This document shows, in pieces, positions 50,342-63,817 of a stretch of DNA of 64,000 bases (positions are counted from its first letter, which is position 1; every line of letters starts with the position of its first letter). Source of the DNA: Octopus bimaculoides. Its lineage: Eukaryota. The notes beneath the pieces are model-generated. The model saw nothing but the letters and a program-made list of their open reading frames with translations, searched no databases and was not told the DNA's origin. A program made the translations under genes and the position numbers. Where the stretch lies: contig NC_068996.1 in the NCBI RefSeq assembly GCF_001194135.2, forward strand, positions 24,259,134 to 24,323,133. The letters run 5' to 3'.

Positions 50342-51333
50342 GAATGAGAGAGAGAGGGGACGAAGGGAGAGGGAGATGGGGAGAGGGGAAGAGAGAGGGA
50401 GAGAGAGACAGACAGACAGATAGACAGACAGATAGACAGACAGACAAACAGACAGACAGCCAGAGAGAGGGATAGAGAGATAAGAGGAAAAGAGAGTGGG
50501 AAAGGAATTAGGGATCATCAGAAAGATATTGTATGCTAAACCAATATCCTGCTATAGGGATTTCATTCAGTCCCAGAACACAACCCACTTTGCTATTGTC
50601 AATCTTGCACCAAAAAGTTTTAATTCAATTTTCCTCTCTATTACATTTGAAAAAGAGAAAACTTACGGAAACAAGTTTCAAATCAGGATTAAAAGATTAA
50701 CTGATTAAAATTAAGATTACACGGCTTAGAGAATGAGATTAAGATTCGTACCAAATGTGGGCTTCTTTTTAGGAAGCGTATACCAATCTTTATTAATTTA
50801 ACAACATATAAAGCAGCTTGCTAAAAATAACAGCCATATTGCCTGCATATCACACTCTGCTGTCTCAAAAAAAAAATGGGACGGATTCATTCAATAATAT
50901 ACACAATGCCTGGGAAAATAGATAGAATGGTTACAGATGTAACCAAGAGTGCTTTGGTGGGTTTTAGAAACCCCTGCACCACCCTACCTTATTTCAGTTC
51001 CTGTGAGATTAGATATTATTTTAATTTTGTGCCTTTTCCCAATTAGATGTGGGCTAGCCAAGGATCCATTTTAATAATTGAGAGGTACCCCTTCGTTGAA
51101 ATCCTGGTCACACCCATGATGGTCACAGCTTGAGCATCTTTGATCATGACTTCACTAAATATTTGTATGTATGTGTGTATGTATTTGTGTGTGTCTGTGT
51201 GTGTGTGTGTATGCATATATGGAAAAAATATATATATGTAATATTTGTATGTATATGCATATATATATGTATATAGATAGATAGATAGACATACATACAT
51301 ACACACACTCACATATATATATAATACATACAT

Positions 51334-51377
<44 letters not shown>

Positions 51378-51455
51378 CATACAACTATATATATGCACTC
51401 ACACACACTTTTTTATTCATGTGTGTGTGTATGTGTGTGTGTGTGTGTGTTATTA

Positions 51456-51562
51456 AGCTTCTTTTCCTCTTTATTCACACCCACTATATCCAGTTTTTGA
51501 TGTTCTATTTCATGACCACATTGGACAATTTCATCCCACACTATCTTTACCTTGTTCTCTAT
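51456..51562 (-). mobile_element. Short R4/Dong-like REL fragment next to (TAA)n
   Basis: ENKVKIVWDEIVQCGHEIEHQKLDIVGVNKEEK, similar to the WD..TD..I..RPDIVV motif. Confidence 0.6.
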
Positions 51563-51566
51563 CATC

Positions 51567-51628
<62 letters not shown>

Positions 51629-51834
51629 CATTATTTATAAAATCTAGAAAAAGTCTAGTGAAATGCAACTACCCAATGTTTCTTGCTGAATTATCAATTT
51701 TATTTCACAATCTATCAAACTGTAAAAGCAACAAGATGATTTAGTAACTGCATTCAATGTAATAAAGGTTCGAATGAGCACACACACTTAGCAATCAGAA
51801 TGCAATCAAGGGAAGATAATTAACTGCATTTCAT

Positions 51835-52185
51835 AAACCAACACTGGAATGGATTATGGGGTCCAGTGATTTATCCTTAGTTCCTGTTAAGATGTATTTT
51901 GTAAAATGCAGACATAGTAGAAACATCTTGCTCCTGGTATTTATACAGTCCCTGAATGTTCTTAAGTTTTTTAAAAGATACAATTTTTCAAGTAAGGGTA
52001 TGGAACATGTTTTTGATTCTTTGGTCTTAGAAAGGATCTTCCATGTAATGTGGTAGTTGGTGTTGTCATCCTTAAGTCTCCAGGTTAATGCCAAGAGGTT
52101 TGTTGCATGTTTCTTATCAGGATGTCTAGAGTTATAAAGATGATTGTTGTATCTAGATTTTAATTTTAATTTTTATCTCTGCAAA
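51835..52185 (-). mobile_element. Penelope-like GIY-YIG fragment
   Basis: KSRYNNHLYNSRHPDKKHATNLLALTWRLKDDNTNYHITWKIL..LLEKLYLL. Confidence 0.75.
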
Positions 52186-52192
52186 CCCTATC

Positions 52193-52242
52193 ACCATGTG
52201 GTTGGTAAGCAAGCTACTTACCACACAGCCATTCCTGTGCCT
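52193..52242 (-). mobile_element. Family B SINE head fragment
   Basis: ACCATGTGGTTGGTAAGCAAGCTACTTACCACACAGCC, as in other B heads. Confidence 0.8.
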
Positions 52243-52984
52243 GTATATGTATATATTTTCATTAATATTTAGCAGAAGCAATAGAGTGACTCAAGGTTCA
52301 AGAGATTTGTGCTGTTGAGAAAGAAAATTTTAACATTGAGAGGCGGAAGTGAGATTAGATCTCAGGATGCTGGTCTTCTTGAAAAAGATGACAGAGGATC
52401 TCGGACCAATGTGCAGTGATAAAAATAACAACAAAAAAAACTAATAATAAAAAGACATTTAACATGTCCACTTCATACTATCATGTTAAAAAATAGATGC
52501 TAAAATTACTATAATTACAATGATGATTATGATGGTGGTGGTAGTGGTGGATTGGTGGTGCTGGTATGTTGGTGGTGCTGATAGGTTGGTGGTGGTGGAT
52601 TTGTGGTGGTGGTGGTGGTGGTGACAGTGGTATTCACGGTGGTGTTGGTTGTGGTAGCAGTAATGGTGGTAAAGGTGGTGATGGTGACATTGGTTGTGGT
52701 CGTGTTTGTGGTCGTGGTAAGGATGGCGGGAGTGGGGGTGGGGAGACCGCAATAACAGATTCAGGAAAAATGAAGTCACAAAAAAACCAAAAAAATAAAT
52801 AAATAAAAATAAATCCTCATATTTATAAAAGGTAAAGGACTATATATATATATATATGTATGTATGTATGTATGCATGTATGTATGTATGTATGTATGTA
52901 TATATGCATGTCTATATATGGTGCGCGTGTGTGTGTGTACAATAACAGATGTCCAAAACTGTCTCTAAAGTAATAATAATGTTG

Positions 52985-53082
52985 GTGTTGTTATTATTGT
53001 TTAGTTTTAGGTTAACCCAGATTATATTATTGAGTAGACTTATACTCAAAGATGTTCCAGCCGTGGCTATTCTAGCTTTTTG

Positions 53083-53090
<8 letters not shown>
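52985..53090. repeat. Unclassified dispersed repeat, related to 59690-59815 and 61345-61420 (opposite orientation)
   Basis: TCAAAGATGTTCCAGCCGTGGCTATTC vs GAATAGTCATGGCTGGAATGTCTTTGA. Confidence 0.55.
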
Positions 53091-53126
<36 letters not shown>

Positions 53127-54095
53127 TCTATAGATATATATATATCTATATTTATATATATATCTATATCTATCTATCTATATATATATATANNNNNNNN
53201 NNNNNNNNNNNNNNNNNNNNNNNNNNNNNNNNNNNNNNNNNNNNNNNNNNNNNNNNNNNNNNNNNNNNNNNNNNNNNNNNNNNNNNNNNNNNNNNNNNNN
53301 NNNNNNNNNNNNNNNNNNNNNNNNNNNNNNNNNNNNNNNNNNNNNNNNNNNNNNNNNNNNNNNNNNNNNNNNNNNNNNNNNNNNNNNNNNNNNNNNNNNN
53401 NNNNNNNNNNNNNNNNNNNNNNNNNNNNNNNNNNNNNNNNNNNNNNNNNNNNNNNNNNNNNNNNNNNNNNNNNNNNNNNNNNNNNNNNNNNNNNNNNNNN
53501 NNNNNNNNNNNNNNNNNNNNNNNNNNNNNNNNNNNNNNNNNNNNNNNNNNNNNNNNNNNNNNNNNNNNNNNNNNNNNNNNNNNNNNNNNNNNNNNNNNNN
53601 NNNNNNNNNNNNNNNNNNNNNNNNNNNNNNNNNNNNNNNNNNNNNNNNNNNNNNNNNNNNNNNNNNNNNNNNNNNNNNNNNNNNNNNNNNNNNNNNNNNN
53701 NNNNNNNNNNNNNNNNNNNNNNNNNNNNNNNNNNNNNNNNNNNNNNNNNNNNNNNNNNNNNNNNNNNNNNNNNNNNNNNNNNNNNNNNNNNNNNNNNNNN
53801 NNNNNNNNNNNNNNNNNNNNNNNNNNNNNNNNNNNNNNNNNNNNNNNNNNNNNNNNNNNNNNNNNNNNNNNNNNNNNNNNNNNNNNNNNNNNNNNNNNNN
53901 NNNNNNNNNNNNNNNNNNNNNNNNNNNNNNNNNNNNNNNNNNNNNNNNNNNNNNNNNNNNNNNNNNNNNNNNNNNNNNNNNNNNNNNNNNNNNNNNNNNN
54001 NNNNNNNNNNNNNNNNNNNNNNNNNNNNNNNNNNNNNNNNNNNNNNNNNNNNNNNNNNNNNNNNNNNNNNNNNNNNNNNNNNNNNNNNNNNNNNA

Positions 54096-54600
54096 TATCA
54101 TTATCATCATCGTTTAATGTCCGCTTTCCATGCTAGCATGGGTTGGACGATTTGACTGAGGACTGGTGAAACCAGATGGCTGCACCAGGCTCCAATCTGA
54201 TTTGGAAGAGTTTCTACAGCTGGATGCCCTTCCTAATGCCAACCACTCCGAGAGTGTTGTGGGTGCTTTTACGTGCCACTGGCATGAGGGTCAGTCAGGC
54301 GGTACTGGCAACGGCCACACTCAAAATGGTGTATTTTACGTGCCACCTGCACAGGGGCCAGTCCAGCGGCACTGGCAATGACCTCGCTCGAATGATTTTC
54401 TAATGTGCCACTGGCACAAGTGCCAGTAAGGCAACATTGGTAACGATCACACTCAAATGGTGCTGTTTATGTGTCACCAGCACGGAAGCCAGACAACTGC
54501 TCTGGCAATGGTTACGCTCGGACGGTGCTGTTAGCGCTGCACTGGCATGGGTGCCAGTCATCGAATTTGGTTCAATTACAATTTCGATTTCACTTGCCTC
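54096..54600 (-). mobile_element. Family E with ~5 tandem structured units
   Basis: Same 3' end as 41196; repeated GCCAGT/ACTGGC and GTGCCAC units. Confidence 0.9.
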
Positions 54601-54639
54601 AACAGTCCTTCGCAAATATATATATATTCATGGGAGCAT

Positions 54640-55115
54640 ACATTTGTGTCTCCTTGTCTAGAAATCACAGTATAGTTGTAAACAAGTGTTACTGTCATGT
54701 AAGTGGATCTGTTCATTTCCAGTCTTCCTTGAAAACATGGGAAATGTTACCTTACCTAAGAGTGGCACGCTGGCAGAATTATTAGCATGTCAGGCAAAAT
54801 GCTTAGCAACATTTCATCTATCTTTATGTTCTGAGTTCAAATTCTACCGAGGTCAACATTGCCATTCATCCTTTTGGGATGGGGTGGTGGGATTGATAAA
54901 ATAAGTACCAGTTATGCACTGGGGTCAACTTACCGACTTCCCTCTTTTCCGGAATTGCTGGCCTCGTAACAAAGCTTGAAATCAATATTACCTTACCTAG
55001 AAACAGGTAAGGGTTGGTTACAGGAAAGGCATCTGACTAGAAAATCTGTCTCAAAGAACTCTGTGTGATACATTGAAAGAATGAAAAAGTAGACATTAAA
55101 ATAATGATGATGATA

Positions 55116-55140
<25 letters not shown>
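54640..55140 (+). mobile_element. SINE-like element with an RTE-type (GAT)n tail (family F), interrupted by a family A SINE; related copy ~58560-58780
   Basis: GGGTTGGTTACAGGAAAGGCATCTG..AAAAGTAGACATTAAAATAATGATG. Confidence 0.6.
54759..54987 (+). mobile_element. Family A-variant SINE with 12-bp TSD
   Basis: TSD TTACCTTACCTA at 54747-54758 and 54988-54999. Confidence 0.9.
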
Positions 55141-55168
<28 letters not shown>

Positions 55169-56339
55169 AACATAACAGTGGTAACAAGGATGCTGATGAT
55201 AGTGATGATATCACCACCACTGATGATGACAGTCATAATGACATCAACGATGATGATGATGATGATGGACAAATGTCAGTGACAACAATGATTATAGCAA
55301 CGACAACAAGGGCAATGACAACAATGATGATGATGATGATGAGAATGAAAATGATGATGATGATGATTATGATCATGGAAGAAGATAATGATGATAATGA
55401 CAATGTCAGNNNNNNNNNNNNNNNNNNNNNNNNNNNNNNNNNNNNNNNNNNNNNNNNNNNNNNNNNNNNNNNNNNNNNNNNNNNNNNNNNNNNNNNNNNN
55501 NNNNNNNNNNNNNNNNNNNNNNNNNNNNNNNNNNNNNNNNNNNNNNNNNNNNNNNNNNNNNNNNNNNNNNNNNNNNNNNNNNNNNNNNNNNNNNNNNNNN
55601 NNNNNNNNNNNNNNNNNNNNNNNNNNNNNNNNNNNNNNNNNNNNNNNNNNNNNNNNNNNNNNNNNNNNNNNNNNNNNNNNNNNNNNNNNNNNNNNNNNNN
55701 NNNNNNNNNNNNNNNNNNNNNNNNNNNNNNNNNNNNNNNNNNNNNNNNNNNNNNNNNNNNNNNNNNNNNNNNNNNNNNNNNNNNNNNNNNNNNNNNNNNN
55801 NNNNNNNNNNNNNNNNNNNNNNNNNNNNNNNNNNNNNNNNNNNNNNNNNNNNNNNNNNNNNNNNNNNNNNNNNNNNNNNNNNNNNNNNNNNNNNNNNNNN
55901 NNNNNNNNNNNNNNNNNNNNNNNNNNNNNNNNNNNNNNNNNNNNNNNNNNNNNNNNNNNNNNNNNNNNNNNNNNNNNNNNNNNNNNNNNNNNNNNNNNNN
56001 NNNNNNNNNNNNNNNNNNNNNNNNNNNNNNNNNNNNNNNNNNNNNNNNNNNNNNNNNNNNNNNNNNNNNNNNNNNNNNNNNNNNNNNNNNNNNNNNNNNN
56101 NNNNNNNNNNNNNNNNNNNNNNNNNNNNNNNNNNNNNNNNNNNNNNNNNNNNNNNNNNNNNNNNNNNNNNNNNNNNNNNNNNNNNNNNNNNCCGCCACCG
56201 CCACCACCGCCACCACCACCAATTACCACCAATGCTTTCAACACTAACAACCTCAATACAACTGTTACCATTACTATAACCATTTCAACTACCACTTCCA
56301 CAACTGCCATCATCACCACCACAGTCATTACTGTTACCA

Positions 56340-56379
<40 letters not shown>

Positions 56380-57560
56380 AACTGCCACCACCACTACTAT
56401 TGCTGGTGACACCAACACCAACAACACCGCCAATAGCTCCAACAAAAGCAACACCATTAGCAAACTCAAACTCCACCACCAACACCACCACCACAAACAC
56501 CCATCACTAACAATACTTCCACCACCGTCACCATTATCATTGTGATTATTATTAATGTCATCATTAATATAAAATTGTATGTGTTAATACGTGTGTGTGT
56601 GTGTGTGTACGTGTGTGTGTGTGTGCGTGTGTGTGCACTTCAACATGCTTTAGAGTGTATGAGTGTGCGAGTGACTGTATGTGGGGGTTTGGGTATGTGT
56701 GCAAATTGTGTACGTGGGTGTTCATATAAGTATATACATGTATATATATGTATATATATGTATATAGATACATAGGATATATATATATATATACTATGTA
56801 TCTATATATCTATCCATCTCTCTCTCCTTCTATCTCTCTCTCCTTCTATCTCTCTCTCCTTCTATCTCTCTCTCCTTCTCTCTCTCTCTCTCTCNNNNNN
56901 NNNNNNNNNNNNNNNNNNNNNNNNNNNNNNNNNNNNNNNNNNNNNNNNNNNNNNNNNNNNNNNNNNNNNNNNNNNNNNNNNNNNNNNNNNNNNNNNNNNN
57001 NNNNNNNNNNNNNNNNNNNNNNNNNNNNNNNNNNNNNNNNNNNNNNNNNNNNNNNNNNNNNNNNNNNNNNNNNNNNNNNNNNNNNNNNNNNNNNNNNNNN
57101 NNNNNNNNNNNNNNNNNNNNNNNNNNNNNNNNNNNNNNNNNNNNNNNNNNNNNNNNNNNNNNNNNNNNNNNNNNNNNNNNNNNNNNNNNNNNNNNNNNNN
57201 NNNNNNNNNNNNNNNNNNNNNNNNNNNNNNNNNNNNNNNNNNNNNNNNNNNNNNNNNNNNNNNNNNNNNNNNNNNNNNNNNNNNNNNNNNNNNNNNNNNN
57301 NNNNNNNNNNNNNNNNNNNNNNNNNNNNNNNNNNNNNNNNNNNNNNNNNNNNNNNNNNNNNNNNNNNNNNNNNNNNNNNNNNNNNNNNNNNNNNNNNNNN
57401 NNNNNNNNNNNNNNNNNNNNNNNNNNNNNNNNNNNNNNNNNNNNNNNNNNNNNNNNNNNNNNNNNNNNNNNNNNNNNNNNNNNNNNNNNNNNNNNNNNNN
57501 NNNNNNNNNNNNNNNNNNNNNNNNNNNNNNNNNNNNNNNNNNNNNNNNNNNNNNNNNNNN

Positions 57561-57595
<35 letters not shown>

Positions 57596-57660
57596 GTGAG
57601 GGGAGGGCACATGACCTAGTGGTTAGGTTGTTGCTCTTGATCAAAACACTTCATCTTACG

Positions 57661-57922
57661 GTACAACAATACACTATAATACAAAAAATGTACTATATAC
57701 CTGTTGTAATTTAGTTATCCGTAGTCCGATGATATTTCAGAATACAATTCCTTCTTCAGATATTCTTAGATGATTCCGAAATATCATTGGACTATAGATA
57801 ACTGAATTACAACAGGTATATAGTCCATTTTTTGTATTATAGTGCATTGTTGTACCATTCTAAACTTTTTATCCTTTACAAACAATACACAATGCTTCAA
57901 GCGAACTACAATACTCTCCTAT
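57661..57922. mobile_element. 262-bp insertion: 84-bp inverted arms plus a ~66-bp tail, 11-bp TSD
   Basis: Arms 57660-57743 and 57773-57856; TSD TTCATCTTACG at 57650-57660 and 57923-57933. Confidence 0.88.
57729..57761 (-). ncRNA. Minimal hammerhead-like motif at the hairpin turn
   Basis: AT-CTGAAGA-A-GGAAT(TGT)ATTCT-GAAA-TA-TC-AT; the inverted arm keeps ATTCCGAAATATC; stem I is only ~2 bp. Confidence 0.45.
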
Positions 57923-58133
57923 TTCATCTTACGTTGCTTTGCGATAGCTTGACATGTGGCACACAGTGCACCTGTTCAGACAATGCTGATTTGATGGAGG
58001 GAGTGAGTTAATGTGTGGCACAAGCATTTGGTCACTATAAAAAAAATTCATTTGTGCAGGTCATTTGGCAAAAGCTGAACGCTCAGATGTTGTCTTTGCA
58101 AATTGAGCTTCTTAATCACACAACCATGCCTGC

Positions 58134-58134
<1 letters not shown>

Positions 58135-58172
<38 letters not shown>

Positions 58173-58450
58173 ATGTATGTGTACATGCATGCGCACGTGT
58201 GTGTGTGTGTGTGTGTATGTGTGTGTGCGTGTATGTATGTGTACATGCATGTGCACGTGTGTGTGTATATGTGTGTATGTGTGTGTGTATGTGTGTGTGT
58301 GTATGTATGTGTACATGCATGCGCACGTGTGTGTGTATGTGTGTGCGTGTATGTATGTGTACATGCATGCGCACGTGTGTGTGTGTATGTGTGTGTGCGT
58401 GTATGTATCTGTACGTGCATGCGCACGTGTGTGTGTGTGTGCATGCATGC
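58135..58450. repeat. Compound TG/TATG repeat with a recurring ~55-60 bp higher-order unit
   Basis: GCGTGTATGTATGTGTACATGCATGCGCACGTG recurs several times. Confidence 0.9.
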
Positions 58451-58939
58451 ATAAAAACATCAACTTAGCTTTCAGTTATAAGCAGCCTAGTAGCAGCATG
58501 TCATAATACTTTTGCTAATTATCTTGCACTTGTGTTCTTCTTGTATGATATTGTTGTCCTACCTACAAGCACTGGCTTTCATTTGCGGTCCTCTATATAA
58601 AACATGTCCAGCCATTATGGTATTCAGGTTTGAAGGGCCACTGGGAAATACTAGCTTCCCTGGAAAGAAGCGAGGATTAGCAACATGAAGGGCATCTGGT
58701 TATAGAAAGACCTTCTACACTATATTTCGTCTGAGCCATGCAAACATGGAAAAGCACATGTTTAGATGATGAAAATAATGATAATATAAGACTATTACAA
58801 AGTGCTGGTATTAAATATTAAAAAAAAAAAGTGACTATGAATGTTTAATGAATTTGCAAATACTAATTAGCTTTGAATTCATAAAAGCCCTAATTATGTG
58901 GATGGTGCTGTGTGATAATAATACTGGAAATAATTGACA

Positions 58940-59300
58940 GAATTGTTAGAGTATTGGAAGAAATGTAGTATTTCTTCTGGCTCTTTATGTTCTGAGTTCA
59001 ATTCCTGCTGGGTCAACTTTACTTTACATCTTCTTAGTAGAATGGGTGGGTGAGTGGGAATCAATAAAATAAAGTACTAATTTAGTATGGAGGCCAGTAG
59101 TATTGACTAATCTCCTCTCCTGGCCTGGCCTGGCCTTGTGTCTAAACTAAAGACCATATGCTTTTTTGCTATTTTTTTTTAGATCTTCAAGGTCTGAATT
59201 TGAATCCCACTCAGGTAAACTTTGATCTTCATCCCTCTAGGGTAGATGAGATAAACTAGCAGTCAAAATACTGAGGGACTGAGGGTATTGACTAACCCTT
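58940..59300 (+). mobile_element. Two decayed family A-variant SINEs in tandem
   Basis: GTTCTGAGTTCAATTCC..ATAAAATAAAGTAC and TTTGAATCCCACTCAGGTAAACTTTG..GATAAACTAGCAG. Confidence 0.65.
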
Positions 59301-59401
59301 TCCCCATGTGATGATGGTGGTAATGGTGGTGATGGTGGTGGTGGCGGCAGCGACAGGGATGATGGCAGTGGCAGCAGCAACAAGAGCAGCAGCAGCAGCA
59401 A

Positions 59402-59468
<67 letters not shown>

Positions 59469-60390
59469 TGTAATAGTAGTAGTAGTAGTGGCAGCATGAG
59501 AAGTTTATTTGAATCATTCTTGTTAGGATTCAGCTTACAGCATCACAAGCTGATGCAACAATAACTACCACCACTGCTGCTGCCCACAAATTCAATTACT
59601 TACACCACCACCACCACCACTACCATAGAAATAACAGCCAAACCTACCTCAAACCACACTTACACACATACCCAACCATCTTAAAAAGCAGGAAATGTGC
59701 AATGTGATCATGAGTTTTCTGAATAAAGAAAGTAAAAGGTGGAATAGTCATGGCTGGAATGTCTTTGATCATAAATCCACTTAAACAGGGAATGGCCTGG
59801 ATTTAACAACAACCTCATTTTACTTTTATAGAATGAATAACCATAATGATTGTTTCAAGAGTATGTGCTCCAGTATGGCCACAGTTCTGATGTATTGATA
59901 CCAGTGAAGAATGAAAAAAAAAAAAAAACTATAGTTAATTGGTCATTAGTTCAAACCTCACTAATGATTGTCATTGCATTGTGTTCCCCCTTCATGGAGG
60001 TCCCTAAACTCTATAGTTTGTACAGCTGACCATGGAATAAAAAAAAATGGAAAGAAAGGAAAGAAAAAAGGGGCAAATTCTATCCCTTACTTTAACAGTC
60101 CAGTGATTAATGGTAGGGGACTCAGAAACAAACTGACCAACAGACAGACAGAGATGCAGCTGTAAAAACAACTCACCTCCCCCCCCCACACACACACACA
60201 CACTCACACACAAAACTCTATGTGGTCTGCTTGACCTTTAACCTGCTAAAAATAGAAATCATACCCTGGTGTAGTTGTCCTCAACTGGGCCCCTTGGGGG
60301 TTCATATACGATTTTGTTGTTAAAAATTTATGTGCAATAAAACTGGTTATGCTTCTATAATACACAAAATATCTTCTTTTACCTTTTTTG

Positions 60391-60605
60391 TTAACTTGCT
60401 TTAGTCATTAGACTGTGGCCATGCTGGGGCACCCACCTTGAATTTTTAGTCGAATGAACCAACCACAGTGCTTGTTTTTAGGTCAGGTACTTATTCTATC
60501 GGTCTCTTTTACCAAATCGCCAAGTTATGGGGGTGCAAACACACCAACATTGGTTGTCAAGCAGTCATAGGAGACAAACACAGACATAAACACTTAGATA
60601 TATAT

Positions 60606-60662
<57 letters not shown>

Positions 60663-61115
60663 NNNNNNNNNNNNNNNNNNNNNNNNNNNNNNNNNNNNNN
60701 NNNNNNNNNNNNNNNNNNNNNNNNNNNNNNNNNNNNNNNNNNNNNNNNNNNNNNNNNNNNNNNNNNNNNNNNNNNNNNNNNNNNNNNNNNNNNNNNNNNN
60801 NNNNNNNNNNNNNNNNNNNNNNNNNNNNNNNNNNNNNNNNNNNNNNNNNNNNNNNNNNNNNNNNNNNNNNNNNNNNNNNNNNNNNNATATGTTGTTGTAC
60901 TTGGGGATGGTCATATTGCCAGTTTAGCCAATATATATATATATATATATATATACATTGGGCTTCTTTCAGTTTCTGTCTACCAAATCCACTCACAAGG
61001 CTTTGGTTGGCCTGGGGCTAAAGTAGAAAACACTTGCCCAAGGTGCCACACAGTGGGACTGAACCCTGGACTATGTGACTGGAAAGCAAGTTTCGTACCA
61101 CACAGCCATGCCTGC
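60391..61115 (-). mobile_element. Family B SINE spanning a gap
   Basis: 3' half 60391-60600; 5' half 60955-61115. Confidence 0.85.
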
Positions 61116-61699
61116 CACTGGTATCTTAACAATTTTTTTTATGCAATTCCTAAATAATATTTAATTACAAAAATACAGTAGGAATTTTTATATATACATC
61201 ATGTGGTTATGGAGGTCCAGTACAGCAAAATAAAAATCAAAGGGGCCAAGAGGAAAACATGGTTGAAAATCACTTTGTTAATATACTATTACAAAGACAT
61301 TATATATTCAATAACATAGTACTACGTTCATATGTATGTAGGACTCCCCACAAAGGACAGGATGGTCATTGTTAGAGTGTCTTTATACATAAAGTTTTGC
61401 TTTATTTAAATTGACTAACCTGTTATGGAACAACAATATCAACCTATAAACCAGCCCATTCCTGTTATAAGGGCTTCAAATTTTTGCATACGGCCAGCTA
61501 GTTCAGGTAAGTGGATTTTATTGACCCACAGTATGCAAGATTTGTGCACTATTTCTCTTGATATGAGGTCACCATGTCGTGCACATATGATTGTGATACA
61601 TGTGCCTTGTGTACCCTCATCAGGCAGAGTATATTGGGTTTTGTATATTTGTAGCCCAGTATCATGTCGATGGCAAGTACTGTTCTCTCAATCAATAAT

Positions 61700-61880
61700 A
61701 ATAACAATAATAATAATGTCTTCAAATTTTAACACAAAGCCTGTAAGTTTGGGTGTGGAGCTAAGTTGATACATCAACTCCAGTGTTCAACTGGTACTTA
61801 TTTTATCGACCCCAGAAAGAGGAAAAGCAAAGTCGACCTCAGTGGAATTTGAACTCAAAACGTAAAGACGGACAAAATGC
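61700..61880 (-). mobile_element. Family A-variant SINE
   Basis: CAGTGTTCAACTGGTACTTATTTTATCGACCCC..GGAATTTGAACTCA. Confidence 0.8.
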
Positions 61881-61989
61881 TAATGATGCTGCTAGCTTGC
61901 TGCCTTGATGATATTTTTATTCTTTTATATGATTCAGCCCTTAGGTTTCAGTCATGCTGGAGCACCATCACAGGTTCATCCACTGGTCA

Positions 61990-63200
61990 GAATTGTTCAT
62001 TGCTGCTATAAAGACATTAGGATGAAATTTGGTATTGCAAAGTGTGCCACCCTGACAATGAAAAGAGGTAGACATGTATGTAGTCATGAGATTAACCTGA
62101 CTGAGAGTCAACTGGTGACACTGAGGGTAGTGGGTACAAATATCTTGGTCTTTTGGAGCTAGACAAAGTTGTAACTGAGAAGATCAAAGGAAATGTGAAG
62201 GAAGTCTATCCAAAGAGGTTAGCAATGCTACTGAAAATGAAATTGAATGGGAAGAAATTGAGGACTGCTATCAAAGTCTGGGTTGTGTTGGTAATTAGAC
62301 AAACTGCAACTATTTTGAATTGGACCAAAGAAGAGATGGAGCAGCTGGATAAGTTGATATGGAAGAAAATGGTTGTGAATGCTGCATTGCACCTAAAGGT
62401 AAATGTTACAAGTTATATACACTGTGGAACATAGGAAAACGAGGACTTATAAGTGTGAAAGAGTGTGTGGCTAGTGAATGCAGGTCTTTAGATTTGTATT
62501 TGGCCAGTTGTAGAGAAGAACTTTTAAGGTATGTTGCCAAAAGCAGAGGTTTATTCAGAGATACTATTGAAAGTAATGAAAATTACTAACAGAGATTACT
62601 AGCTGAGAAAATGAGCATTGTTTTATTCTTTTTTTTTTACTCTCTTACTTGTTTCAGTCATTTGACTGTAGCCATGCTGGAGCACTGCCTTTAGACAAAC
62701 ATCATCATCATCATCATTTAACGTCCATTTTCCATGTTGGCATGGGTTGGACAGTTTGACAAGAGCTGACCAGCTGAAGGGCTGTTCAGGCTCCCTGTCT
62801 GTTTTGGTATGGTTTCCACAATTGGATTCCCTTCTTAATGCCAACCACTTTACAGAGTGTACTGGGAGCTTTATGCAGCACTGGTACTAGTGCTTTTTAC
62901 ATGGTGCCAGCCTCTATGAGCCCGCAAGATGAGAGATACTCAGCTGGAGAGGGCTGCAGGGGTCAAGCCTGTATGCAAGGATAATCATGCTCTTACTTAG
63001 CTTGACATGTCTTTTCAAACACAGCAAACTGCCAGGAGTCTCAGACCTCTGTCATCCACTCTGTGAGTCCCAACATTTGTAAATCCTCTCTGAAAAGCAG
63101 AATCTTTATGGAATTGGTTGACCTTAGGGTGATTTTAAGGAAGAGACTGAAAATTTGTTGGTAGGCGCTCAAGATCAAGCACTAAACACAAACTCTAGCA
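61990..63200 (+). mobile_element. R4/Dong-like LINE RT-thumb region, interrupted at 62620-63110 by a B-SINE piece and a family E copy
   Basis: DIRMKFGIAKCA, LNGKKLRTAIKVW, NWTKEEMEQLD, GKRGLISV; resumes as KEETENLLVGAQDQALNTN. Confidence 0.8.
62700..63110 (-). mobile_element. Decayed family E-like 3' end
   Basis: CATCATCATTTAACGTCCATTTTCCATGTTGGCATGGGTTGGAC..TAATGCCAACCAC. Confidence 0.75.
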
Positions 63201-63817
63201 TGGAAAAGTGGATATTACAAGAAGTAAAACAATAAAGTCGTGATTTCTGAGAGTTTTGACTGCTATTTCAAGCAAGCAAACCAATCATGTATGTACTTGG
63301 ATCTCTTTCATTAGTTTTCTCTGTGGTTCTTTGAAAAAAATTTTAAAATTTTAAAAATGTAATTAAAAAAAAAAGGACACAAGTAGTCAGATAGCAAAGT
63401 TTTGCTGCAAGAATACATGCCAAATTGTCCAAGTTTCCTAACCTATCTCTAACAACATACCAACAGAAAATGTATGAATGCTGTGTGTAGAGCTAATACA
63501 GTAAAGACTATTATTTATAGATTCTCATGAAGCATTTCAGCCATCATTATTCTAAATAGTTTGTTTAGATTCCTGCATGATACTTGTTTGATAGTCGTTA
63601 TGAAATTTAGACATGTCATTAAATAGATACACTTAGGTGTTTAATGTTTGTTATTTGAGTGTGTGAGTGTGTATGAGTGTGTATGAGTGTGTGTGCGCAT
63701 GTGTGTGTGTGTATATATATAATCTTTGTATATTTGTAGCTATCTCATTGCATAAATCATTCCCATTACAATTTATACACACACGTAGGTGTTTTAGCAC
63801 AAAGAAAAACAGATATA

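Larger units (their letters stand above)
57598..58100 (+). mobile_element. Family D SINE interrupted by a hairpin insertion
   Basis: Head 57598-57660 and body 57934-58100 are collinear with 8416-8712. Confidence 0.8.
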
